IMG/VR virus record: IMGVR_UViG_3300044638_004051
Coordinates: 1-60,549 of that record
Direction: 5' to 3' (one strand)
Origin: a virus
Lineage: Duplodnaviria > Caudoviricetes
DNA: 60,549 nucleotides
The notes under the pieces are model-generated. The model saw only the letters and a list, made by a program, of their open reading frames with translations, was not told the DNA's origin and did not search any database. Within the stretch, counting starts at the first letter, position 1. Every line of letters starts with the position of its first letter. This document shows positions 9,265 through 17,191 of the stretch, one piece after another. Position numbers and translations under genes: made by a program.

Positions 9265-10164
9265 ATGGTCAGGATAGAAAATCCTGACTGGACGCAGCAC
9301 CGGCTTCATAAGCCGGGTGTCGCCGGTTCAAGTCCGGCCGCTGCTATTCCAGTCACTGTTTCCTACGAGCCAGCGAAGGACTACCACCGCTGGCCCGAAA
9401 CATCATGCAGTCAGCTGAAGACCCTACGCGAGTCTTCACTTGAATTCTACTGGCGATACGAGGTAGGGGAAGCCCCGCCCAAAAGTAGTGCCAGCCTCGA
9501 CTACGGCACTTTGCTCCATACGTGGGCAGAGTTGGGCGACGAGGAATTCTGGCAGCGCGTCTCTGTTGCAGCGGACACTCTGGTAACCGCGACAGGGGCA
9601 TTCTCAAAGAAGGCGGACGAGTGGATCGCGTCACTCGATCCACGCCTGATCCCCATCTCCCCGGCTGATCGCGACAAGCTGCGTGCGCAAACTCGCGAAC
9701 TGCTCCGCAATCCCGAAGTGGCGGAGATCATCGAGCGGACAGTGGACCGCGAGTTCAATGTCCGCTGGCCGTGGAATGGCCACCCTGTCCGCGCTCGCTG
9801 CGACGGACGCACTGACGAGTTTCTCTTCGACTGGAAGACCACTCGCGATAAGTCGCCACAGAACACATGGTGGCGCAGTGCGATTGAATTCGGCTACCAC
9901 CTGCAATCCGCCATGTATGCGGAAGCAGGTGTGGCAATGGGCATGCCACTGCATCGCATGCGTTTCATTGTCACCAGCACTGTGTGGCCCCACGAATGCT
10001 TCGTGTGTGTGATGCCACAGAAGCTCATCGACATCGGTAAGGCGCATTGCGAGCGTCTGCTGGATGAACTGCAAACCCGCCGTGAGTGGGATTGCTGGCA
10101 CCGTCTGGACTCACAGGAGGTCTGTGAGTTGCGCGTCCCTGATTACGCCATGAAAGGAGCATGA
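9265..10164 (+). CDS. RecE-like PD-(D/E)XK exonuclease (DUF3799-like)
   Basis: YH...SCSQLK, GTLLH, RARCDG, FDWKTT, YHLQSAMY motifs. Confidence 0.85.
   Translation: MVRIENPDWTQHRLHKPGVAGSSPAAAIPVTVSYEPAKDYHRWPETSCSQLKTLRESSLEFYWRYEVGEAPPKSSASLDYGTLLHTWAELGDEEFWQRVSVAADTLVTATGAFSKKADEWIASLDPRLIPISPADRDKLRAQTRELLRNPEVAEIIERTVDREFNVRWPWNGHPVRARCDGRTDEFLFDWKTTRDKSPQNTWWRSAIEFGYHLQSAMYAEAGVAMGMPLHRMRFIVTSTVWPHECFVCVMPQKLIDIGKAHCERLLDELQTRREWDCWHRLDSQEVCELRVPDYAMKGA
9294..9346 (+). tRNA. Partial (D-arm-less) tRNA-Met(CAT)-like sequence; candidate attP core
   Basis: Anticodon arm CCGGC-TTCATAA-GCCGG (9300-9316), T arm GCCGG-TTCAAGT-CCGGC (9322-9338), acceptor 3' strand CGCTGCT+A; no D arm; ~160 bp from the integrase start. 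Confidence 0.7.
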
Positions 10165-10958
10165 TCATGCCGCAGATTGGTTCGTTCGTAACCCTCCTCT
10201 ATCGCGAGGAATCCCGCACCACTGGCGAGCTTATTGCCGCTGTGTGCAAGGCCCAGCTGGAGTTTGCCCCGATCACCCTCGATTGCGAGGGGCGTCGTGG
10301 TGGCGAGGCGTACAGGTATGCCTCGATCCAGTCGATTCGCCGTGGCATCCAGCATGCCATGTCTCGTCACGGCTTGCTGATCCATCACGTCTACGGCTTC
10401 TCCGATCAGGGGGAGCATGTGGTCACCGTGTTGCGTCACAGCAGTGGCGAGTACATCGCGTCCACCAGTCGTATCGCATTCCGCGAAGACGCGCAGGAGC
10501 AGAAGGCACTGAAGACGTTGCTGTGCCGCACGGCCATCGAAGGGCTGCTGGGCATCGTGACTGAAGAGGACGATGACGCGCAGTCAACCACGATTGAAGT
10601 GGACTCTGCCAACGTCAAGCAGCAGGCCAGCAATCTCGCCATGGCCAAGGCCGCGATCCTCTCCGCAGGCTCGCCTGCTGCATTGGAACGCTATGCCGAG
10701 TTGGCGAAGACCCGGCTGGCGGAGGGTGCGTTGTCGGTTGACGGCGCAGCGGAGATCGAGCGTTTGATCGAGGAACGGAAGAAGCACCAAAAGAAGGAGG
10801 TGGCCAGTGCTGACGGTAAAGGAACTGCTGGAGATCAAGGCACGGATGCTGCTCGCAGCGGAAGCGTGTCATCGGATAGTCGAGTCGCAGGGCGAGCCGC
10901 TGGAGTTGGACGCGGAGACGCACCTGCTGGTGTCAAGCGCGATGCACAGCCTGCGTGA
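10161..10958 (+). CDS. ERF-family ssDNA annealing protein
   Basis: KAQLEF...YRYASI...HGL...TVLRHSSGEYI; adjacent to the exonuclease. Confidence 0.8.
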   Translation: MIMPQIGSFVTLLYREESRTTGELIAAVCKAQLEFAPITLDCEGRRGGEAYRYASIQSIRRGIQHAMSRHGLLIHHVYGFSDQGEHVVTVLRHSSGEYIASTSRIAFREDAQEQKALKTLLCRTAIEGLLGIVTEEDDDAQSTTIEVDSANVKQQASNLAMAKAAILSAGSPAALERYAELAKTRLAEGALSVDGAAEIERLIEERKKHQKKEVASADGKGTAGDQGTDAARSGSVSSDSRVAGRAAGVGRGDAPAGVKRDAQPA

Positions 10959-11283
10959 GGACGCGCGGACTGTGCTTGCAGAAGTGGACATCCTGCGTGG
11001 GATGGCCACGGACTCGTTTGACCACATCTTCAAGGAGGAGACAGAGCATGGACGTTCTGGCTATGTGGCAAAGCCTCGACCACAAGAGGCTGTCGCTGGT
11101 GGCGATGGAGAACCAGCTGTCGCAGCAGCAGTTAGTGGCCCTGTTCGACCAAGCGGGGCTGACGGGGAGACAACCCGCCGACCCCGGGCCAAGCGAAATC
11201 GCCGCCGCAACAGCGGTGATTCGCAGCGAGTGGACTCCGCAGGTCGAGCAGAGCCGGTGGATAGCGGCACGGAAAACGCTTAG
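10807..11283 (+). CDS. Hypothetical protein
   Basis: AAGGAGG RBS before GTG; overlaps the ERF tail. Confidence 0.55.
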   Translation: MLTVKELLEIKARMLLAAEACHRIVESQGEPLELDAETHLLVSSAMHSLREDARTVLAEVDILRGMATDSFDHIFKEETEHGRSGYVAKPRPQEAVAGGDGEPAVAAAVSGPVRPSGADGETTRRPRAKRNRRRNSGDSQRVDSAGRAEPVDSGTENA

Positions 11284-11293
11284 TCACTTCTAG
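11048..11293 (+). CDS. Hypothetical protein (DPxPxEI...IRxxW motif)
   Basis: AAGGAGGAG RBS before ATG 11048. Confidence 0.6.
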   Translation: MDVLAMWQSLDHKRLSLVAMENQLSQQQLVALFDQAGLTGRQPADPGPSEIAAATAVIRSEWTPQVEQSRWIAARKTLSHF

Positions 11294-11307
11294 GGAGGGA
11301 TCGCAGG

Positions 11308-12882
11308 ATGCAAGGCTCACTTTTCACGGACGAATTCACGGAGGTTCGGACGGTTGTTCCCAAGCCATACCGTCCGCGTCCGTACCAGATCGAGGCTGCG
11401 GAACGTGCAGAGACTGCTCTTCAAACGGCAGACATGTGCGGCCTGTACCTCGCCACTGGCACGGGCAAAACGGAGATCGGAGCCTTGCTTGTGCAGCCTG
11501 TCAAGGATGACGGTGTGCTGTATATCGCCCCTCGCAGGGAGCTAGTTGTTCAGACGGCTGACCGACTAACCCTGCGAGGGGTGGACTGCGATATCGAGAT
11601 GGGAACGCGGCGCAGCTACAAGCCAGTCACTGTGGCTTGCTACCAAAGCCTTCAGAGCAACCGGAGGTTTGAGCGTTTCCTTGGAACGAAGAGGCGAGTG
11701 ATCGTTGACGAGAGCCATCTCAACTACAGCGAGGCAGCACTGAAGATGCTGGCTCAGTTTCGTTCGTGGGGTTCGCAGGTGATTGGCATGACTGCCTCCC
11801 CTCCCCACAAGAAGAACGTGGTGCTGGCCGATCACTTCGGTGAAGCCGCATATGTGTATGACTACCAGCAGGCGGCTGCTGATGCGTACCTCACCAACTG
11901 CAAGATGCACCTGTGCGTGCTGGAAGACCTCGACCTGACAGGCTTTCGTGCGACGTTTGGTGGCACGGACCCGGACTTCAATCCCACCCGCGTTGCCCGC
12001 CTGATGGAGAAGAAGGCTGTCGTTGCTGGGATATGCAACATGGTAGCGGAGTTCTGGGAGAACCAGCCCAGTGTGGTCTTCTGTGCCAGCATCGATCAGG
12101 CAGAGCTAGTGCGTGATGACCTGTGGAGCCGTGGCATCCAAGGCTCCATCGTCCACAGCAAGATGGACGATGACGAGCAGCGGCTGCACCTCAATGACTT
12201 CATGTCCGGCAAGTCGAACCTCGTTATCAACGTGGGCATCTTGACATTGGGGTGGGATGCCCCGCATGTCAGGAAACTTTTTATCGCGAGGCCGACCGCT
12301 TCCACCCAACTGTATACGCAGATTTTCGGGCGCGGCACCCGCTGCTTCCCGCCCGGTGTGATCGACGGCATCGACACTGTGGAGGGGCGGCTTGCTGCGA
12401 TAGCAGCCTCGCCAAAGCCCTTCTTTGAAGTGTTCGACATCACCGATGCGTCGAGGCACAACGATCTGAAGACGGCTCTCGACGTGATCCGGCCAAGCCT
12501 CGATGACCGCCTGATGAAGCGGATCAGGAACCGCACGCAGCGCGGCCCCATCGCACCCAAGGAACTCGATCCGATCATCATTGAGGAGAAGCGGGCACTC
12601 GCTGCCGAGCAGGCCGCTATCGACGCACTGGAGATGCGGAAGCGTGGCAATGTCCACGTCAGCGGTCAGGTGGTCGCCTACGAACGGGACACGTTCGCTG
12701 ATGCCGAGACCAACCACCGCAAGAAGGTTGTTGATTTTTGGTGGATGCCATACGGCCGCTTCAAGGGGAGGGGCTTCAAGGCCATCCACGCTGAAGCACC
12801 GTGGTATCTGCCGTCGGTGCTGCCCCATGTGAAGAACGAGGGGCTGGCTCGCAACATCCGCAAGTTTCTTTCGGCTCGTTAA
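11308..12882 (+). CDS. Superfamily 2 DNA helicase
   Basis: RPYQ, ATGTGKT, DESH, TASP, GWDAP, QIFGRGTR; C-terminal MPYGRFKG motif. Confidence 0.9.
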   Translation: MQGSLFTDEFTEVRTVVPKPYRPRPYQIEAAERAETALQTADMCGLYLATGTGKTEIGALLVQPVKDDGVLYIAPRRELVVQTADRLTLRGVDCDIEMGTRRSYKPVTVACYQSLQSNRRFERFLGTKRRVIVDESHLNYSEAALKMLAQFRSWGSQVIGMTASPPHKKNVVLADHFGEAAYVYDYQQAAADAYLTNCKMHLCVLEDLDLTGFRATFGGTDPDFNPTRVARLMEKKAVVAGICNMVAEFWENQPSVVFCASIDQAELVRDDLWSRGIQGSIVHSKMDDDEQRLHLNDFMSGKSNLVINVGILTLGWDAPHVRKLFIARPTASTQLYTQIFGRGTRCFPPGVIDGIDTVEGRLAAIAASPKPFFEVFDITDASRHNDLKTALDVIRPSLDDRLMKRIRNRTQRGPIAPKELDPIIIEEKRALAAEQAAIDALEMRKRGNVHVSGQVVAYERDTFADAETNHRKKVVDFWWMPYGRFKGRGFKAIHAEAPWYLPSVLPHVKNEGLARNIRKFLSAR

Positions 12883-12902
12883 TGGGGTAGCCACTGGCGC
12901 AC

Positions 12903-12921
12903 TGCTATTGACAGAGCCTTA
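12903..12921 (+). promoter_or_regulatory. Repeated GCTNTTGACA regulatory motif (copy 1)
   Basis: TGCTATTGACAGAGCCTTA; related copies at 13495, 24128(-), 25122(-), 28787, 29169. Confidence 0.55.
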
Positions 12922-12929
12922 GAACTCAT

Positions 12930-13185
12930 CGCACACGCCGCAGTTTGATCTTCTCGTTGGAATCTGCGGCCAAGAAATCAAACATCCACCGAGCCTAAAC
13001 AAAGCCAGCCTATCGCTGGAGCGGCTAGTCCGCACAAGTCAGACCAAAGCAGCACGAAGACCTGTAGCCGTACCGGCGGAGCAGGCAACTGTGAGGCTCG
13101 CCCTAATAAGGCTGTGGAGGTTCAAGGCACATCGGATGCCAGAGGCAGGGTCGCCCCCCTACCTCACAGGAACCGGGTCTAGCTA
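12930..13185 (+). ncRNA. Candidate structured non-coding RNA / cis element
   Basis: ~310-nt intergenic gap with several helices and a pseudoknot-like pairing. Confidence 0.35.
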
Positions 13186-13198
13186 CATGGAGGAAATC

Positions 13199-13474
13199 AT
13201 GGCTGATGGGACGATCACGTTCGGAAAGTACGTTGGCTATCTGGCTTCCGAGGTTCCGCTGCAATACCTGATCTGGGCATCGAGCAGCCTCGCATCTCCG
13301 CCGCAGTGCGTGATCGATGAACTGAAGCGTCGAGCCGACATGCACGGCAGCAGGGACTCTGTCGAGGCAGCGGCAGCGGTGTCATCTCTTCTCTTCAAGG
13401 GCAGCACCAAGAAGGGCAAGAGGAGGAAGGGCAAGTGGCTGCGGCAGAAGATCGCCAAGCACTACCAGCGTTAG
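13199..13474 (+). CDS. Small protein with FGKY motif (DUF3820-like)
   Basis: ITFGKYVG...EVPLQYLIW; GGAGG RBS. Confidence 0.7.
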   Translation: MADGTITFGKYVGYLASEVPLQYLIWASSSLASPPQCVIDELKRRADMHGSRDSVEAAAAVSSLLFKGSTKKGKRRKGKWLRQKIAKHYQR

Positions 13475-13494
13475 TCCAGTACCTATCCCGGTAG

Positions 13495-13513
13495 TGCTAT
13501 TGACACGTTCTTA
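13495..13513 (+). promoter_or_regulatory. Repeated GCTNTTGACA regulatory motif (copy 2)
   Basis: TGCTATTGACACGTTCTTA upstream of the 13548 operon. Confidence 0.55.
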
Positions 13514-13547
13514 AAACGAAAGAAACCCAGTTAACCCCAAGGAACAT

Positions 13548-13895
13548 GTGATGAAAGCGAGCATGGTGTTTGGCTCCGTGACGGTGACCGCAGAGGGAGA
13601 GGCAAAGGAAGTTTTCACGGAACTGGCTTCCGCCGCCGAGGTGTTCGGCCAGTCGGTCTGCGGTGCGTGCGGATCGGAACTGACCACGCCTGTCGTTCGT
13701 GAGGTGGACGGCAACACCTACTACGAAATGCGGTGCAACAGCTGCGGCTGCACGCTGGGCTTCGGCCAGCGGAAGAGCGACGGTGCCCTCTATCCCCGCC
13801 GCAAGGACAAGAACGGCAACTGGATGAACAACCGTGGCTGGGCTGATCACCGGCAGAAGGCGACCTCCTCCACCGCTAGCGAGCAACCATTCTGA
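13548..13895 (+). CDS. Zn-ribbon phage protein
   Basis: CGAC...CNSC; C-terminal PF as in SSB-like tails. Confidence 0.7.
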   Translation: MMKASMVFGSVTVTAEGEAKEVFTELASAAEVFGQSVCGACGSELTTPVVREVDGNTYYEMRCNSCGCTLGFGQRKSDGALYPRRKDKNGNWMNNRGWADHRQKATSSTASEQPF

Positions 13896-14449
13896 TGATC
13901 AACATCCACTCGCAACCGCTTGTCACAGTGCCCGACTTCATAGCGGACGGCTGTGCTGATCTGTGCAAAGACGGCTCAGAGATGCAGGGCATGTTCGATG
14001 ACATCGCGCATGGAGTCTACGACCGCATCGGCGTCGTGTCTTATGCGTGGATGGAATCAGATGGCGACATTCCAGACATCGTGGGCTGGGCCACTGTGAC
14101 CGAGTGGGAAGTGGGCGACGAGATCAGGGTCCAGCTACAGGTCGCTGTGTCTGAACCCTATCGGCGCAAGGGGTTGGCCACTGCGTTGTGCGTGTGCCTG
14201 ACCCATGACATGCCGCACTCGATCACCTCTTCTCGCCTGTGTGTGTTCAGTGATGAGGTGATGCGGATCGCACGGAAACTGGGATGGCATGCACGCCAAT
14301 ACAGATCGGTGGACGATGGCTGGATCGGAGTTGCAGAGACTGATGGGCGAGACATCGGAACCGGGCCTGACGAAGAACGACTACATGCTGATGCACCAGA
14401 GGTGCGCGGTGTGCCATTGGCCAGCGAGCAGGCCGGGGAGGAGACTTGA
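13895..14449 (+). CDS. GNAT-family acetyltransferase
   Basis: VAVSEPYRRKGLATAL matches acetyl-CoA binding motif A. Confidence 0.7.
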   Translation: MINIHSQPLVTVPDFIADGCADLCKDGSEMQGMFDDIAHGVYDRIGVVSYAWMESDGDIPDIVGWATVTEWEVGDEIRVQLQVAVSEPYRRKGLATALCVCLTHDMPHSITSSRLCVFSDEVMRIARKLGWHARQYRSVDDGWIGVAETDGRDIGTGPDEERLHADAPEVRGVPLASEQAGEET

Positions 14450-14735
14450 ACTGCATCACATCGTTGGCGGCAGCGGTCGCAAGGACGTGCCGGATGGCAG
14501 CAATTGGCTGTGCCTCTGCGGGCGATGCCATCATGCAGTACATGATCGGCTCCCCGGATATGGAGAGTTGCCGAAGGGAGCCATACTTCAGGCAAAAGCG
14601 GATGAGGACGGGCAGGTCGATGCTGCGAAGCTCGCGTCCCTCAAGCACCGCAAGGCGTTGCCCTACGATCAATGCCAGATACCCGATCAATTCCTAGCGG
14701 ACAGACACAGGAGGGGCGGAGACCCATGGCCATAA
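14343..14735 (+). CDS. HNH endonuclease
   Basis: CAVC...ELHHIVGG...NWLCLCGRCHHAVH. Confidence 0.8.
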   Translation: MGETSEPGLTKNDYMLMHQRCAVCHWPASRPGRRLELHHIVGGSGRKDVPDGSNWLCLCGRCHHAVHDRLPGYGELPKGAILQAKADEDGQVDAAKLASLKHRKALPYDQCQIPDQFLADRHRRGGDPWP

Positions 14736-15193
14736 ACAGTCGGAGAAAAGGCTGCGTAGGAGAAGTCACCGCGTGCCATGATCTCAAGGCAATGTTCGGA
14801 TGGAACGCGCACCGCACCCAGCAAAGGACTGGCTGGTCAGACGGCAACTCGCCCGACATCGAAGTCGATCAGACTCCCGACATTTTCTGGGAGATCAAGC
14901 GGTGCGAAAAACTCTGTCTTCCCCGTGCGTTGGCACTGGCTGTGAAGCAGGCTGGCCGTCGCTGCCCAGTAGTCATGCACCGACCAAACCGCAGTGTCAA
15001 CGGGTGGATGTTGACCCTCCGGTTGGAAGACCTATCGAGGCTCGTCCATGCCTACCAACGTGCCGTTGACTCCGACTCTTCGGCAAGCAGTCAGGTGGCT
15101 GCGGAAGAACTTCCCGACACGAATGCCGGTGACCGTGAAGCTGCTCGCAAGTCAGCCCGGGTTGCACGGCCTGTGCCAAGTGCGAAGAGGTAG
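14726..15193 (+). CDS. Holliday junction resolvase (Hjc-like PD-(D/E)XK)
   Basis: NSRRKGCVGE...PDI...WEIKR. Confidence 0.75.
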   Translation: MAINSRRKGCVGEVTACHDLKAMFGWNAHRTQQRTGWSDGNSPDIEVDQTPDIFWEIKRCEKLCLPRALALAVKQAGRRCPVVMHRPNRSVNGWMLTLRLEDLSRLVHAYQRAVDSDSSASSQVAAEELPDTNAGDREAARKSARVARPVPSAKR

Positions 15194-15362
15194 GGCGACG
15201 ATCACGATCACGCTCGACACAGACACTGTCATGTTGGAAAGCCTGCTTGAGGAGTGGGTGCATGTGCTGCGGTTCGATTGCCCGGTGCCATGCGAAGACG
15301 ATCACGATCAAATTTTCTGGGCCATTCTGGGTTTAGTCACAAAGAAGTGGAGGGGTGAGTGA
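15048..15362 (+). CDS. Hypothetical protein, degenerate zincin-like
   Basis: LLEEWVH...HDQIFW resembles HExxH/SprT-like signatures. Confidence 0.5.
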   Translation: MPTNVPLTPTLRQAVRWLRKNFPTRMPVTVKLLASQPGLHGLCQVRRGRATITITLDTDTVMLESLLEEWVHVLRFDCPVPCEDDHDQIFWAILGLVTKKWRGE

Positions 15363-15835
15363 TGGGGTTTGAGGAAGCCAATGCGACGATCAGGGCAGCA
15401 GTTCACAACCGGCTGGATGCCACGCCCAAGGACGATCCCAAGATGGTGGGATACGCACCGCAACAAGAGGACCGGCTGATCGAGCAGTTCTTGAATAAGT
15501 TCAACGAGGCAAGCGAGAAGTGCGTGACGAGGAAGCCGCACCCCGTGTCGGAGAAGTTCTTCGCCCTGCTTGAAGAGCTTGAAGCACTTCATGGAAGCAA
15601 GTCCGCCGACTACGGGAGCGAGACCGATCCGCTGGCGAACATCCGGCAGGGTGCCGAGTTCGTGAACATCGAGGCGTGGCGTGGTTGCTTGGTGCGGATC
15701 GCGGACAAGGTGCAGAGGCTGCGTACCTACTGCCGCACCGGGCGATTGGTACACGAAGGCGTGCGCGATACCTTGCTCGACCTCGCCAACTACAGCCTGC
15801 TTGCCATCCTGTTGCATGAGGAAGTGAATGACTGA
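15359..15835 (+). CDS. Nucleotide-modification-associated domain 1 (DUF1599-like)
   Basis: KSADYG...RIADKVQRL...EGVRDTLLDLANYS. Confidence 0.75.
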   Translation: MMGFEEANATIRAAVHNRLDATPKDDPKMVGYAPQQEDRLIEQFLNKFNEASEKCVTRKPHPVSEKFFALLEELEALHGSKSADYGSETDPLANIRQGAEFVNIEAWRGCLVRIADKVQRLRTYCRTGRLVHEGVRDTLLDLANYSLLAILLHEEVND

Positions 15836-16148
15836 TCCACTGGATCAGGCAATCGAGGCGTCTCTGGCCGAGCGCAACCCGCAGGAAATAGCTGGCGCGT
15901 ACCAAGCCATCTGTGGGATGATGCTGCTGAATTCCGCCCTCGCCATGCGGCGGCGGATATGCACACGGAACGAGAACGCCTTAGAAAAGAATGCCGCCAA
16001 ACGCTGGGTATCCGGCTGCGACGGGGTGCTGAAGTTTGACGAGTGCTGCGAAGCTCTCGACATGGATGCAGCTTGGACGAGGCGTGCGTTTGCTGAACTG
16101 GGGTCGCCCATAAACAAGGCGAACCCAGAGGGACACTCTCATGCCTGA
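15828..16148 (+). CDS. Hypothetical protein
   Basis: Coupled ORF, GAGGA RBS. Confidence 0.6.
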   Translation: MTDPLDQAIEASLAERNPQEIAGAYQAICGMMLLNSALAMRRRICTRNENALEKNAAKRWVSGCDGVLKFDECCEALDMDAAWTRRAFAELGSPINKANPEGHSHA

Positions 16149-16482
16149 CTCTGACTACCTCTCGCAGATCGGTGCGTACATCTCGCAGGCCCGGGAAAAG
16201 GCCCGGGACGGCATCTCGATTGCGGACCTTACCTCCCTGACCTTGGATGGCATGCGGCTTGCCATCGGCCTGCTCGACCGGCTGGAGATGCCGGGTGCCG
16301 ACAAGAAGGCCGAGGTGCTGAAGCTGGTCAGCTACTTCTTCGACAGCTTCGCAGACGCCTGCGTGCCGTTCGCAGCCAAGCCCATCTGGTGGCTGGCCAA
16401 GCCCGCAGTCCGTGCCCTCGTCCTGTCTCTGGCATCCGGTGCGGTCGAGTCGCTGCTGCCCATGGTGCGAGGTGTGGCATGA
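16141..16482 (+). CDS. Hypothetical membrane-associated (holin-like?) protein
   Basis: Amphipathic/hydrophobic C-terminal half; first gene of the membrane cluster. Confidence 0.5.
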   Translation: MPDSDYLSQIGAYISQAREKARDGISIADLTSLTLDGMRLAIGLLDRLEMPGADKKAEVLKLVSYFFDSFADACVPFAAKPIWWLAKPAVRALVLSLASGAVESLLPMVRGVA

Positions 16483-16733
16483 TGACGATGCTCCTCCTCG
16501 CTGCCGCCGCTGCCGTCCTCCTCTGGCCTGCCCCCAAGCAGGACAGCCCCTACGCTAGCCTTACCGTGCCCAGCGTCCCGCCGCCGCAGCCAAAAGAGGC
16601 CAGCTACATCGAGGCTATCGCCGCCCTTCAAGTAGTGCGGAAGCGTCTGGCCGCTACCGACCAGTTGTCGGAGCCGCAGGTCGAGGCTGTCAACGTACTG
16701 ACGCTGGCCCTAGTGGCAGGGGGCGAGAAGTGA
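16479..16733 (+). CDS. Small membrane protein
   Basis: N-terminal LLLAAAAAVLLWP; ATGA coupling. Confidence 0.65.
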   Translation: MMTMLLLAAAAAVLLWPAPKQDSPYASLTVPSVPPPQPKEASYIEAIAALQVVRKRLAATDQLSEPQVEAVNVLTLALVAGGEK

Positions 16734-17191
16734 ACATGGGCCGAGAAGTCCGGTACTGGCTGGCCGCTGCCCTGCTGGGGATTGCGTTGGCAATCAACGT
16801 GTCCTCGTTCAGTGGGCCGCGCCCGCAGGTAGAGCCGGGGAGTCTCGACCTGACAGCCGCCTTTGTCGGCCCCACCGCAGGGGCGGACGCCTCTTTGCTA
16901 GCCGCCATGGCGGACGAGGTGGCGAACGTGATCGAGTTCGATGGGAAGCAGAGCAAACCGATGCTCTCCACCGGGCACCAGCTTGATCAGCTGCGTACCA
17001 GAACAAGGGAGTTCCTGATGAGGGGCGAGTCGCTGGGAGATCGACAGCCCAAGGTCAGGCAGATTGTTGGGGAGTATCTGGAGGCCAAGCTAGGCCACAG
17101 TGGAGGGGAGATCACCGCTGCACAACGCGACTCATGGGTAGCCGCGTATCGTGACATCGCGAGGTCTGCCCGCCATGCGCTATCTCGCTAG
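16730..17191 (+). CDS. Exported/membrane-anchored protein
   Basis: N-terminal hydrophobic segment YWLAAALLGIALAINV. Confidence 0.65.
   Translation: MNMGREVRYWLAAALLGIALAINVSSFSGPRPQVEPGSLDLTAAFVGPTAGADASLLAAMADEVANVIEFDGKQSKPMLSTGHQLDQLRTRTREFLMRGESLGDRQPKVRQIVGEYLEAKLGHSGGEITAAQRDSWVAAYRDIARSARHALSR

Noticed and set aside
9265-9350. Complete functional tRNA gene
   Set aside because: No D arm or canonical 5' half (no TAGCTCAG...GG...AGAGC); kept only as a fragment
10161-15362. Alternative genetic code as the cause of long overlaps
   Set aside because: TAA, TAG and TGA all end well-supported genes, and no common sense codon marks the domain ends
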